This document shows positions 24,053-40,500 of a stretch of DNA of 64,000 nucleotides, one piece after another. Source of the stretch: Macrostomum lignano. Its lineage: Eukaryota. Location: positions 6,948-70,947 of the forward strand of contig NIVC01002301.1 of NCBI GenBank assembly GCA_002269645.1. The letters run 5' to 3'. Every line of letters starts with the position of its first letter. The first letter of the stretch is position 1. The notes beneath the pieces were generated by a model, which was not told the DNA's origin, made no database searches, and was given only the letters and a program-made list of their open reading frames with translations. The translations under genes and the position numbers were made by a program.

Positions 24053-27000
24053 ATGGCAGCCGATGGCCTCGCTACCAACCTCAGCACGGTTGGCTACCTG
24101 GACTCGCTCACCGATCTGTTCAACAATTGTCGAAGCAACGACACGTCGAGACAATCGTTCTGCGTCGGCGCCAGCGTTCTTGGAGCTCTGGCCGCATTCG
24201 CCGTGCCGGCCATGCTGATTGTTGGCGTCATTGGCAACGGCTTGACAACCTATATAATGCTTAGCGATCGGTGGCTGCGCCAGTGCAGACAGAATGTCTA
24301 CCTGGCCTTCATTGCCGTGTCAGACACCACCAACCTGCTGGTGTGGGGCCTCGGCTGGCAGTTCCTGGCCAAAGGCCTGCCCTGGGTTAGCGGCGGCACT
24401 GTCGGATATTTTATTGTTAACGCCTCCGACTTCGCGTGCAGGTGAACAGGGCCGGGCGGTTTAATGCCGTTTTTTGAAGAGATTTGAAGTTTTCAACTCC
24501 TTGTAACAAACAATTGGCGAGTTCTCACGTACTGAACTTCTCAATTGCCAATTGAGCAGGTATGCGCAATATGTCTAAAGTTGATTCTGAAGTTTTTCAT
24601 CGTCCCACGCTGTACACTCAATCTACCATTGTCTGCCTCCAAAACCATAGACACAATCTACCATTGTCTGCCTCCAAAACCATAGACACAATCTACCATT
24701 GTCTGCCTCCAAAACCATAGACACAATCTACCATTGTCTGACTCCAAAACCATAGTTATAGTCATAACTTGTGTTTTATTTTATTTCATTTTAGTTGCTA
24801 GTTGATTAGAAGGCTTAAATTTGCTTTTAAAAGGCGTTACAATTGTTTTGTTCCTAACGGATTGTTTGTTGTAAGCCTTATTCAACTAAACGCATTGTAT
24901 AAAAAATGGAAAACTCCGTCTAAGACACATGCATCATGTTCAAGCACATGTCAAGCAAAGAATCTCGCCTGTTGACCATAAAATACTCATAAATGGAATT
25001 GCTTAGTTTCAAAGGCTCATTGAGGGAATGGCTGCAATGCTGTAACTTCAACAGGGTTTGGTTTAGGGTTAAACCATGAAAGAATCGCCCTGTTGAAAAT
25101 AAAATATATGAAATTCTTCCGAGACTTGTTAAGATGTCCAGACCCATAGGGTAAATTCAAGGACCACTAGAAGTTACCGTTACAACTGTAACTTCTAGTG
25201 GTCCTTGTGGGAATTTCTGAGATGCCAAGGCTTAAAATGGGGGAATTTTCTGAGATGCCAAAGCATCTAATTACTGAAATTACTGAAATTCTGTGGCTAT
25301 TAGGGGGGGGGGGTTGCCGAGATGTCAAAGTTCTGTGGAATATTGCTGAGATATCAACTAAGGCTCACGGGTGGAGTTGCTGAGGTATCAATTAAGGCTC
25401 ACGGGTGGAGTTGCTGAGGTATCAATTAAGGCTCACGGGTGAAGTTGCTGAGGTATCAATTAAGGCTCACGGGTGAAGTTGCTGAGATATCAATTAAGGC
25501 TCACGGGTGGAGTTGCTGAGGTATCAATTAAGGCTCACGGGTGGAGTTGCTGAGGTATCAATTAAGGCTCACGGGTGGAGTTGCTGAGGTATCAATTAAA
25601 GCTCACGGGTGAAGTTGCTGAGGTATCAACTAAGGCTCACGGGTGAAGTTGCTGAGGTATCAATTAAAGCTCACGGGTGGAGTTGCTGATGTATCAAGGC
25701 TCATAGTTAAAAAACTATGATGTCAAAGCTTATGTGGGAATCGCCTATCTGGGAAGGGGGGCCGGTTGCTAGTCCACATTAGATTTGCTTTGTAGAACTT
25801 GATCTGTACTGCAGTTGACACCCATAAAGCTTTATCCAGAAACGCAGTGAAAAAGGTGCAAATTCTGTTAAATTCATTTTTACCTATCTAAATTAATCCT
25901 AGGTGAAGCTTCATTTTTCAACGAAATACAGATCCGGTAGGGAAACTCAAATAAAAAATCTACATGTGGCAGTTGCTTTACTTGTTGGGAAATTGCTGAA
26001 ATGCTGTGGCTCGTGTGGGAGGTGCTGAGATGCTTCGGGTCAATTGGGAGTTGTTGGTTGGCCAAGCATTTTCTGATGCCTTTTTGCTTTACATACGAGC
26101 CTACTTTTCCCCACATTCCAACAATAGCGACTGAACAAGGTCAGAAGCTACATGTAGTTTATTCAAACATGTTTTTTTCTTTCTTTGTTGTCTCCCAACG
26201 GGGGGGGGCAGATTGCTAGTTATTTCTAGAAATCAGTTGCTAGAAATCAGTTATTTCCTTTTCGAATTTTTTAAAATATTAAATTTTCGGTTGTAAAAAC
26301 TATTTATGATACTCAGCAACATCGAAAAGTCGCATCACAGAAAATTGCGTCTGTGGTCGCCACTGAGAGTGAGGCGAAGTCTCTCAATCTTGCGAGTGAC
26401 GCAACTCAGCTACTCCGCGGCCGACTTGAGTTGAGAAATGAAGTGAGGGGAGCGGTGTGCTAGGGTTGGACGGATTAAAGCTACCCCGATCAGTTTTCTC
26501 GTATCCTTTAGTTCAGAATGGTCCAAGAGAAATCGCTCACTGGCGCATAGAGTGGCGACTCTTTAATGTTGCTGAGCATATTTTATAAACACTATTCGTT
26601 AGGAATACCCAAAGAAGACAAAAAGCTGTAAAAATTTAGATTTTCCAAAAAAAATAGAAATCTTGTGTAAAAGCGGAGACAGTTGCAAAAAAACATTGAG
26701 TTGCCCGTTTTAATAAAATTTCAACTTTCCCCCAAATCCCAAATCCTCCCTGATCCTCCTCATCAGGCTGTTCCGCTTCTCGCACAACCTGGCGCACACC
26801 CTGTCGGCCAATTGGTTCCTGCTGATGACGCTGGACCGAGTGCTCACCCTGCATTATCCGTTCCGCTTTCGCAGCTTCACCAGTCAGTTTGCCGCCAAAG
26901 CCCTGGCCGTTGGCTTCCTGCTGTCAGTGCTGATCGTTCTGCCTGTACCAATGTTCACCGGCTGGTACGTCCTCGATAACCGCATCGCCTGCCTCGCCGT

Positions 27001-27553
27001 GCCCTTCTACGGTCAGGCCGTGCGCGTGTGGATGATCGTCTGGAACGCGCTGTTGATGATCCCTCCGATGCTGCAGCTGCTGGCTACCACACTGCTGAAC
27101 CTGCTGCTGCTGCGGAAGGTTCTACAGATTATGCGCAACAGGCGCAACCTGATGTCCGCGCCAGCCGCTGCCGTCACTGCCGCTTCTGGCACTTCCGCGA
27201 TTGCCGCAACTGCTGACACAATTGGCCCTTCCGTGGTCGTGATGCTGCTCTCGCTGGTGTACTTTCTATCCGGCCTGCCGCCTTGCATAGCTCGGTACAT
27301 CGTGCTGCAGCTCACCGTGTTCTCAGACAGCCCAGATCCCGGCTTTCTAAGAACCGCCCTGAACCTGGGCGACGTCGGACAGATTCTGCTGCTGCTCAAC
27401 CAGTCCGTCAACTGGGCGGTGCTGGTGTGGAAGAATCGCCAGTTCCGCGCTCGATTCCTGCACCTGCTGACCTGCGGCCTGCGCACCCCGAAGCCGCTCC
27501 CTACAGCGACTTCGGGGATGCACAGCCAGGCTATGAATTTCCCGATGACATAA
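24053..27553 (+). CDS. Class A (rhodopsin-like) orphan/peptide-type GPCR; exons 24053-24441 and 26767-27553
   Basis: TM1 GVIGNGL, TM2 YLAFIAVSD, C at the top of TM3 (FACR|LFRF), LDRV at the DRY position, TM6 FLSGLPPCI, TM7 LNQSVNWAVL followed by helix 8 NRQFRARFL. AG|gtgaac...cag|G splices in frame. TATATAAAG at ~24000. Confidence 0.9.
25355..25700. repeat. ~34-bp minisatellite in the GPCR intron
   Basis: Unit aggctcacgggtggagttgctgaggtatcaatta. Confidence 0.9.
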
Positions 27554-27602
27554 CACCGGCACTGACAAGCTGACGATTCAGAAGTTTCGGCGGAGCGATG
27601 CC

Positions 27603-29400
<1,798 letters not shown>

Positions 29401-30300
29401 ATAAAATGTGGTAAATCTATAACCGATTAGAAGATATACAACTAGAAATATAAAAGAAAAGGTGGAAATAAGAAAGTCTCTTCTAGATTTCAGCTTTCGG
29501 GTTGATCAAACAAGTCTTTAACAGCGCCGGTATAAAAATCTTTCCACTTCTTTCCATCGGAACAGATTAAACTAAATGGATTGCTGCGTGTTTTAAGAAA
29601 GACATTGAACTCGTTAAGGATCTTCGTCTGTTTAGTTAGATGGATTTCATTCGAGAGCAATCCCGACTATGCATGCATTTTCGTGATTTGCTAAGCGACC
29701 CCGGAGCCTGTTGAGAAAATGAAAATTGTGAAAAGTAGTACATTTATTATTAATAGTAACATTAGCTTTACTTTCAAAAAGTTTTGAAAAGCTTGGTGTT
29801 GAGTTTTGCAGCTGTAGGGGCAAATAATGAGCTAGAGAAAAAAATGATAATTCGATTAATTACAATAACACGAATACAACGAAAAAACCTAGCATAAATT
29901 ATTCTAAAGTTTCTTTGCTCTACTAATAGTAGAAATATAAGGGAAATACGCTAAGAAAAGAATCAATAAAACATGTCTGATTTAAGTTAATTAGTGATAC
30001 TATAACTGCTAAAAAACATATTTTATAACTAAAAGCTATATGTGATGAAATATTGTTTAGCAAAAAATGCCTCATTTCGGCTAGCAAATTTCGTAGGCCC
30101 CAGCAATCCAAGATATTTCTTCATTAAAGACGCACGGGAGGGTGTTAGACTATGCTGTTATGCTGCTGTGCTGCTATGCTTTGATGTATCTGCAACAGAT
30201 CTTCAAATATAAACTAATACACTGAATAATATATAGTAATCATTGTCTCTACCTAATTTTAAAAAAATACTGAATCAATCTGTAAAACTTGTAGTGGAGA

Positions 30301-30745
30301 TACTTTGACTTGACTCAGCTGCAGGGGGCTCCGGGCATCCGGATGCAGCGAGAAGGCGTTGCCGCCCATTTCGCTAACCCCTGGCGACCACGGGCAGCTG
30401 GTGCTGCGGTGTCGCGCAGGGAGATCCGGTGGTGCCGGTGTCCGCAGCGCGGTCCCACTCTGGAGAGTCCAGGAGGTGAATTGTCGCTCGCCCGGTAGCT
30501 CTTAAGTAGCGGACGAGCTGGCAGAGATTCTCGGGCCTGAACGTCGGAGAGGTCCGGGTTTGGGCCAAGGTAGGTGAGCCTGTCCTGAGTAAAGGCGAGG
30601 CATTCACAGATGAAGTGCTCCGCATTCTCGACACCGGAGAGGCAGAAGGGGCATTCCTCACTGCGGATTTTTCCATGGTCACCGCCCTGATGTCCCTACA
30701 GATGAGTCCAAGCAGGGCTCGCGGTAGCGGAGATAAGCTACTGAT
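30301..30745 (-). mobile_element. 5'-truncated LINE fragment with C-terminal CCHC zinc knuckle
   Basis: Minus strand reads ...[28 protein letters not shown]..., then (frameshifted) [14 protein letters not shown]. The 3' part matches 4398-4610; agtca-type tail. Confidence 0.7.
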
Positions 30746-31579
30746 AGTGATAATCTCCGCAAGTTTTAAAACTAGGAATAGACAAGGCGAACATTAAGTG
30801 TATTACAGATGGACTAATAACTTTTTAGAGCCTAGCGCCTTTGATACATGCATATGTTGGTCATTCTATGCACTGTGTGGTATAGCATAGTACAGCATTG
30901 AGTAGGAAATAACTATGCTCGATGAAAAGATAAAAATTCCTATTGCACATCGTGAGGCAGCTTTTCCTATCGATAAAGGGAAGAAAGGAAGTCAGAGAAA
31001 AATCTATTAAAAATTCCCCCAGCAACTGCATCGCCACTGAGCCGGTTGCTACAGCAAACAATGAGCCAGTAAATCGATTCATCAAAGCCGTTCAATTATT
31101 TTGTCATTTTTTCTGCTAAAAGCAACACAGATTCTCGCCTCTAGGAGACAACAATCCTTCCAAACGCATTTTGTGTCTACACTAAAATTGAATCGAATCA
31201 TTTTTGCTAAAAGCTCATCCATCCATCCAGCCATCCGACACAATGGGTCCCGATAACAATAGCCCGCTAGATAGCTGAAATCCAGATACAAGATCCCCAT
31301 TTGTATTCCCCTTCCTTTAGCCCCCATCCCTCCCGTTGCCAATAGCAACCGGTAAACAATCAAAGCCCCGCTCCAATGTCAGCAGCCAGATTGTCTCGCC
31401 CACTCCTCGCCCTACCAAAATCGATAAAGAGTGGCGCAATTCCGAGCCGTCATCTTCCTGTGAGGATTTGAGAATAAAGTTGAGACGATTTCGCGTTTTT
31501 TCTCGAAAATTATCTTCCCGTCCCGTCCTTAAGCTGATATTTGTCCTAAGTTTAAGTTTGAAAAGTTGAAGACAAGCAG

Positions 31580-34500
31580 ATGGCTTTGGAGCAGTTGCTG
31601 CAGTTTCTGCTGCTGGTGCTGGTAGCCTGCGGGAACTTTGTCGGTTTTGCAGGTGAGAGCCATTCACTCTAGGCTTTTAATGTGACTGTTCATCACTCCT
31701 CTTCTATGCGCGTTTCTTTTGCATTTCCAGACGGCTCCCCGTATCCCTGCAAGCAGCTGCACACTGCCGGCAGCGCTATGCGCGAATTCCGTGCTAGCCC
31801 CGGTGTTGTTGCCATGGCAACCAGCGACCCGACTGACAACTGCCTGCTCGCCTGCCGGCAGATTGATTACAGGTAGGGTATTGACTAGAGCTTCTCTGGG
31901 CTATAGATTAGCAATCCGTTTTATTCCTTCATCCGTGATGGCTATAGATTAGCAATCCATTCTATTCCTTCATCCGCGATGGCTTTAGATTAGCAATCCA
32001 TTCTATTCCTTCATCCGTGATGGCTATAGATTAGCAATCCATTCTATTCCTTCATCCGCGATGGCTTTAGATTAGCAATCCATTCTATTCCTTCATCAGT
32101 AATGGCTATAGATTAGCAATCCGTTTTATTCCTTCATCCGCGATGGCTATAGATTAGCAATCCGTTCCAGTTGTTTCTCCATGGACTATAGATTAGCAAT
32201 CCATTCTGTTCCTTCATCCGTGTTGGCTATAGATTAGCAATCCATTCTATTCCTTCATCCGTGTTGGTTATAGATTAGCAATCCATTCTATTCCTTCATC
32301 CGCGATGGCTATAGATTAGCAATCAACTCCGGCACCTCATCAGCACAGCAGCATCAGCTCTCTCTCTCCCCTCCGTCCAGCTTCGCCCTGTGGAACAAAC
32401 TCACCTGCCAGTGCAGCAACGCCTCCGTCGCTGCCCTGCCCGACGCCGCCGCTGACTACTGCGTGCCGGGCACCTGCGAGGTCGCTGACTGGTCGGAGAC
32501 TGCGGCCTGCTTCATCAACTGGACCTTTGTGGGCACCGTGTTCTCGACGCCGGTCTTCAAGACAGTCGCTATGCGGTTGTCCGGTTGTAAGTGTCCGACT
32601 GCGAGGAGCTATGAAGGGGTTGGAAATCCCAACTTAGTTCGGGATTCGAACACTGGGTTAGAACGGAAAAGTTAGAAACTAAGACGGGATTCGAATCGAT
32701 CAAATAAGTACTGAGATGGGATTCGAATAGAGGAGTCTGGAGCTGAGATGAGATTCGAATAGAGGAGTCTGGAGCTGAGATGCGATTCGAATAGAAGAGT
32801 CGAGAGATGAGATGGGATTCGAATAGAAGAGTCGATAGTTGAGATAAGATTCGAATAGAATAGTCGGGAGCTGAGATGAGATTCGAATAGAGGAGTCGGG
32901 AGATGAGATGGGATTCGAATAGAGGAGTCTGGAGATGAGATGGGATTCGAATAGGGGATTCGGAAGATGAGATGGGATTCGAATAGAAGAGTCAAGAGAT
33001 GAGATGGGATTCGAATAGAAGAGTCGGTAGATGAGATGGGATTTGAATAGGGGAGTCGGGAGATGAGATGGGATTCGAATAGTGGAGTCTGGAGATGAGA
33101 TGGGATTCGAATAGGGGAGTCGAGAGATGAGATGGGATTCGAATAGTGGAGTCGGGAGATGAGATGGGATTCGAATAGAGGAGTCAGGAGATGAGATGGG
33201 ATTCGAATAGGGGAGTTCGGGGCTATAAGATTATAAACTAATTAACTGAATTTGCTACCAACTGCTGCAGCCCCTGAAGACTCCATCACAGCCGGTGACA
33301 CGGTGGACATTGAAATCGACATGAACAGTGGCGAGGCCACTTTGCTGGACCACTCGGAGTGGGCGGACTCGCAGCTGGCGATGCGGCAGCGAAACCAGGC
33401 TGGAACTGAGACCAGCGTGCCTGTCTGGGAAAACTCGCTGGGTCAGTGTTGCCAAGCTGACAGCTACAAGATAACTACTGTAATGACTTGAAGTACAGCG
33501 GTGATCACGTGACCCATGCCCCTCCCGCAGGACAAAAAGCTCTCCTGCACGCAGAGGTGCAGCAGCCCAAATTTTACGACTCTCCGATGTCGCTGACCGC
33601 GGTGCGCCGGGTTCAGCAGCGCGTCAGTGCAGCTGGCAGCATCGAGGTCTCGGCCGGCGAGTCCACGGACGGCAAAGCCACCTGGGGCACCGAGGTGACC
33701 ATCACGGCGCCGTTCCAGATGGGCTCAAACATGACGGCTCGAATTGACTTTGCGAATGGCAGGACGGTGGCCATCGGAGGGCTCAGTGAGTGAAATTTTT
33801 ATATGTTTAACCTTGGAATAGAAAATACTTGACACGGTATTTTGCAGTTCACACCCTACTGGAAGCCTATCCTATTGCTTATTGCTCATGTTTTAAAAAA
33901 AAAAACTTTATGGACAAACTTAATTCTGTCTGTGGCCTAACCTTGGCTATGTACTCAGCCTGCTACACCTCGAGACGGTCAGTATTGTCAATGGCTAGGA
34001 CCCAAAGAACCCACAGTGAAATCTTTGTGGAAAATATTATGTACAGTATAAGCGACATGTTTCGCCTCGCCTCCGGCATCGTCAGGCTCTTAAAGAATTA
34101 GAAAACAGGTCGATCAGAGTCAGAAAATGTACAGTTAACTGACAGTCGATTGCACAATAAATCCAGTAATTGATTGTCAGTTCATCCACCCAGTATTTCT
34201 GCAAATAACCGCCCGCCTCCTGGACCAACCTGCGATGGCAGACGCGGCTCCGGTGAACTTTCGCCAAGCGGAGAGCCAGCAGTCCTACACAGCGGACACG
34301 CGGCCAGCCGGTCTGGTTCTACTCAACTATGACGTCAGCGTGCCGTGTACCGTCACTGGAGTGGCCTTCCATGCTAATGTGTCGGCTGGTGGCAGCTTCG
34401 ATGTTCAAGTGAGCACTCGTAGCATTGCGTTCACGCCCTGTGCCGCAATAGCTAAATTAGACTGATCTAAGTATGATTTTGATTTTCCATACATCGCTTA

Positions 34501-37500
34501 CTCAATTGCGATTTGTCGAACAGCTAAAGCCAACATTTGCTTTGAAATACAGTAGTGTGAAACTAGCATTTCCTGCTTGTCTCTACTCAGATGTGCTGTG
34601 CAAAGGGCCTGTCAACTTAAGCTCATAAAGTGGAGCCCGAGTAACCTATGTACACAAATGATCCGTCATTCTGTTCACAGTGACACCAGGAAGCTGGATT
34701 TGGCAAAAAGCGACGAATATTGGACTTGGGATGGGGGAGACACACAATGGGATAATTAGGGATTATTATGTAAACTTGAGCGCATAAGGTGGAGTCCTTA
34801 ATTATCCCCTTTCCTGTTCTCTCAACCCAAGTCCAATTTTTGTCACTTTGTTTTCAAATCCAGCTTCCTGGTGTCACTGTAAACAGAATGACGTATCATT
34901 TGTGACATAAGCTACTCGGGCTCCACATTATGAGTTTAAGTTGACAGACAGGCCCTTTGTGATTCCACCTTGGTAAAATAAATAGCTACTTGCTTCATTT
35001 AGGGTTTTGAAGTCCAGAAGGGAGTAATTTGTCTTCTATTTGTGCAATAAAACTGAATCTAACTGTCTCATCAACTTGTCCGCCAGGTCCTGCGGCCCCA
35101 GTGCCCCGACGGCAGCACCTACTGCTACGTGAGCAACGCCTGCTTGGCAGTCGGTCAGTCCTGCGGTCGCCAGCCCAGCGTGCGCAGCTTCGCCTGCATC
35201 GGCGGCGACCGATGGAGCCTTCAGAAGCGGCGGTGCTCGAATGCCGCTGGACCGGCCAGCCAGTTCCCCATCTTTGCCGGCCAGCTGTTGAGCATCAAAC
35301 GGGTGCAGCTGACAGTCGCCAGCGCCGGCTTCAACTCGCTGCAGCTGAACGCCAGCCAAGAGCAGCACCTGCATCTGCTGCCCGGCGACATCTTGGCCGT
35401 GTCCGATCCTGGCCAGGCAGTGTCCGTGCGCGAGCAGCAGCCTCGGCCGGACTACTTTGTTGAGTCATCTGGCATCGCGGACAATGCCACCAGCCTGGCG
35501 GCCACCGCAGCGCCGCCTTCGACGCTCGGCCTCGCCAAGTCGGTCGAGTTTTTCGGCTACCGGGGTGGCAGCGTGAGAGCCAGCGCCGTCCTGGGAAATA
35601 ACACCTGCTCCGGCGGAAGCCACCTGGACTGCCCCGACGAGTACATGTACAACGTGAGCGTGACATTTGCAAATCACCTGGCCGATACGGCTGTGCTCAG
35701 CAGGCTGGTCCGGGTGCAGGTGCCAATACTGGGCGTGAGAATCGTGACTAACGCCACTCACTGTGAGTTGCAAAAATGTTTTTAGACTTCATTTCCAGTT
35801 ACAAGAGGATGCAATAAATTACGAAATCCATTGCAGACAAAACCAACGCAATAGTCAGCTTCTACGTTCTCCAGCACCAAGGCAGCCAGCCATTGTACAC
35901 TTGGAACTTCACGGATGGCACTCGAACAGGTCCGGAGTTGCAGCAGCAGTGGAACTTCACCAGCCCGGGACCCCGAACTGTGCAGACTGAGTCGACCAAC
36001 TATATTTCTGGAAATTGGTCAAACATATTGGTGAGGGAACATCGACAATATAAAGTAACGTAACGTGCATTTTGTTGTATCAAAAACAACCCAATACGAG
36101 TAATAAATTAAATCTGTTTCAGCTCATCTACGTACAAAACCCGGTGACGACCGACAAAGTCTACTGGAACGTCAGCGAGCTGCTCGGGCTGACTTCGTCA
36201 GGCCCAGTAAATGGCGTCGCTACGCTCTTCTGCGACAACAGTGCCGAGTTCCTGCCCACAAACGCGTCAGTCATCCTTGACTTTGGAGACGGAACTCCAG
36301 CGAGCTCTGGCCTGCTTACCTGGGACCCAACAACTGACAGAGAAGCCTTCAATCACCCTTACACCAAGAGAGGAACATACAATGCGACAGCAATAGTTGA
36401 AAATCAGGTTTCCCGCATTGAACTCAAGCAGTCGGTTGTCGTTCAAGAAATTATTTTCGAAGCTCAGATTGAGACACTTAGCTCAACTTTCGCGAAGTCT
36501 CCGCTGCAAACGCTTGCCCAGTTTAATGTTAGCGTGCAGTTCGGCTCGGACTTCACGGCTGATGCTGACTTTGGCGACGGACACACAGTGACGGTGCCAG
36601 ATCAGGGAGCGAACCGGTGGTTCACGCTGACCCACAACTTCACTGTGCCTGGCAACTACACTGTCACGGTTCGGCTGCAGAATCGAGTTGGCTCCGTCAC
36701 CTGTTCAACAGAGATTAGCATTGTGATTGGCGATCCCCGCGAGTTCCTGCTTGCTCTGCGCGATCCATCGCCCCTGCTGCTGCCGGGTCCAACGTACCAG
36801 CTGCCTGTCCCGATACTGCTCTGTAGAAATCGGACTGTCGACACGCCGCAGCCTCTGTTCGACATCAACCTCACACTTTCGCTAAACAATACGGCTGCTT
36901 CAATGAGAACTGAGCACTTAATCCAATGTACAGCAGGTACTGCTGCTCAGGACGCCGCGTGCGCAGCTGTAAATTCGGAGTTCAGATTCTGCTTTGCACT
37001 CGAGCTGACACTGGGAGACCCTGAAACTATTAGAGCGCTGCTCACCATTCCGAGCCGGCTTTCCGACCAGACGTCGCAGCTAATCTTCTTGCTGCTCCCC
37101 GACCTATTGGCAACCACAATCCAGGCCAATTTACACCCCGATTTCGCCCTCGACAGTCTGAAAATGTCGGCTGCCGCCAGGCAGATTTTCCCCATGGAGA
37201 AAGCGGTCAAGTTTGTCCTGACGATTCCCTTCTTTGGCAGGAGCCCCGTCACCTGCCAGTGGGACTTTGGCGATAGTAGCTTGGCAACGAATTCTCTCGC
37301 TCAGGTGGAACACTCGTACAATAGGCCTGGAAATTACTCAATTTCTGTCAACGTTTCGAACGCAATCAGCTGGAAAGTTGTCACTATTTCGATCACTGTG
37401 CAAAAGTCCATATTTGGCATCGGCCTGAATGCTGAAGAATCGAATGGTATAAACGCTGCGAATCCGGTCTTGGTCAACCTGGGCACGCCCGGCACAGAGG

Positions 37501-40500
37501 CCTGCTATCAAATCGACTTCTCGGCTTGGGGCTCAGCACTCAGCGACGGGATCAGCTACCATGTATTTGGTTACAGGCCATTCTGCGAGTCAAGCGGCCT
37601 ATTCCAGATGGGCATGAACAGTGTATGGATGACTGACCTAACGGACTTTTACAATCGAGTTTACAACGCCTCTGTCCATGGCCAACCAACTGGGGGAAAC
37701 GGAATCCTCAGCAAAAGTGTAGCACAGGAGGGCGCAAAAAATGTCACATTCTTTGCTGCAAACACGGTTTCCCGTGAGACGCATTCTTGGCTGATGGTGG
37801 TGGGCAAGGGCCGCTGCGTCTATCCGACGTCGTATCTATCCCGCTGGACAGCTCCGAGGTACATGCGGAATACCATGATACAGTTGGAGAGCAACCTCGT
37901 GATCAACTGCTTTAGCACGAGCGTCACTGTTCGCTGGACAATTGAAGTCTACAATGCTACGGAGAATAGTTGGAAAAGCTACGCTCCGGAGTTAACCGCA
38001 TTCTTTAACAACTATCCTGAACTCACTGGCAACATGTCATTCTCATATTACTCTGACGGCGTCATGTACGAAAACCTGAACCTTCATCTCCGCAGTCTGA
38101 ACCTGCCAGCCTTCAGCCTTCGGGCGATGCGAACTTACCGCGTGACCTTTCAAGCATTCATGACAATCCTGCCATTGCTGAAAGTTGAAGAGAGTGTGGT
38201 ATTCGAAGTGATCACTGGCGCTCTGCAGCCCTGTCTCAAGACAGTCGTTTATGACAATGAGCAGAAGCAATGGTTCCAGACGGGAAGTCAAATTCAAACA
38301 ATGTGGGGAAATCCGGTCTCTCTTGACCCAACCTGCAGCTCAAATCCAAATCTGTTTCTCGAAGGTGGCGAGGTCAGCGACCTGAAGTATGAGTTTTACT
38401 GCTACCGCAGCTGCGAGCCCAGGATCATGCTGGACTCGAATCTTCAATACGACATCAACTGGCAGGGCCACGGCTGTCCCGATAGCTCAGCCAGCGGTGG
38501 CTATCTACGCGGCTGCTTTCTGGCGAACATCTGGAGCACGTATGTACACCGGCTGAAGGCCCTGAATCTCTCTAGTTGGCAGGTCGACTTAGCCAACTCC
38601 CAGTTCAGTGATCCGGGCATACAGGCCATCTACGAGGATTCGGCGTTCGCTAACTGGCGCACGGACAGCCTGAGTGGCAAGTACAACCACCTATACTACA
38701 TGGACGGCGAAGTATTGAGATTGAATACGAACTACATGTTTGAACTTGACGACCACGTGCTGCTCATGGTGGTGAGAGACGCAGCACACCCGGATGTTCC
38801 ACCGGTCATGTCCAGGATTACGCTTAGCTTAACGAGGGGACCATCGCCAATGATTGGTGTTCAGTGAGTGCAATCTCCGTGAAAAGTTTTCTGCATATCT
38901 TTAGTTCATGTTATGGAACCCGACCTTCTCTAGTCGGCAGGTCGACAGTTTTCGTCAAAACTGATAGATTCACAATTAAGTACTTTTGCTTTTTTATTTG
39001 CAGGTGCGTGAGCAACTGCATGGCGAGAAATTTCAGCAACTCTTGCAACGCGGATGCCATCATGGTCAACCAGGATATTCCACTGAAGTTCCAATCATTC
39101 ATTTCTAACTATGTGCCCAGCGTTAAGTATCATTTTAGGTGGCAGCTTTCGCGACTCGACACTCCTTTTGGCACCTGTCCGACGGAACTCAGCAGTGCTA
39201 ATATCACTGCGTACCTGGATTCGCTGGAGGCTGATGGCAGCTTGGCTCGTTGGAATATTGTGGGTAAGCATGCCTTTGCGTTTTTGACTTGAAAGGCCCA
39301 AAGGGGTTGGCTGTCCGTGCTAATAGAGGAGTTGCATCCTATATAGTGTTTAGAGCGTCTGACTCACGACTGAAAGGTCGGGGGTTCGATTCCAGAATCC
39401 CGACCCACTCGGAACAATTTATGTCCTTGAGTGAGACACTTAACTCTGCATTGCTTCAGTTCGAATTAGCTGGGGTATTTGAGGCTGTGTGGCGACCCCC
39501 CAGTCCTTGGTCTGAACAGCCGTACGCAGCCTCAGATGCACCGCGCAATAGCTGCGGCTAAGTTGTCTGTTGCATTAGTGCAGGTGTAATAAATTATTAG
39601 TAACATTACTAGGAAGGACATGTTTTGTTTCGTTTTAAATTAAAAACTACGTATTAATTTTTCTACTAAAATTTTTCAGGAGGACGCGACTACACACAAA
39701 CTGGTAAGATTGTTTTTATTTAAAAGTATTCATGGTCTGCGTTAAGTAGTCACGGTGAAATACTGCTATTGTTAATGCATTGAAAATGTAGGCATTGAGT
39801 CATCCGGCATGTCGCTGATCTGCAAAGGCTTCTTCCAGCCGATCAATGGGTACTATATTCTGCGCATCAAGTCCTGGCGAGGCAACTCGTCGGAAAACTA
39901 CGGCTACCAAGTGGTCTACCTTGCTATTAACGACGTACCGAATGTGGCCTCGCTGGCTGTCACCGTCACGCCGAGCCAGGGCGTCTCCGTACTGGACAAA
40001 TTTCAGATTGAGTGCACAGGAGCCTCCGATTCTGACGAACCGCTGACGTACACCATAGGCTACTCGCAGCTACCCAGTCCAACCAGCATGCAGCAGTGCT
40101 CACCGATCGCCATCTGTGAGTTTGATTTGCAGTCGTGGGATTTCTAACGCCGCAACAATGCGCATTGGATTTATAAACTGTTGTAACGCTCATAATTTCA
40201 ACCCTTTCAGCGGAGTCTGCATGCCGCCTGCCGAGCAAAAAGGCGCTGCCGCCAGGACTGATGTTCATCGGGCACCGGCTGTCGATTTGCATCTTGGTGA
40301 CCGACGCCAACCAGGCCTCCAGCTTTGCCACCTTCCAGTCGGTGATAGTAACTCCCGGCGGCATCTCGTCGCTGAACGATTTGAACAACGAAATCACGGA
40401 GATCGAAAGCTCCACCGCTCTGGGAAATATCAATCAGCTAACGGGGGCCGTCTTGCCAATCCTAGCCGTTCTCAACACGGACGCAGCAAATGGGGCGACC

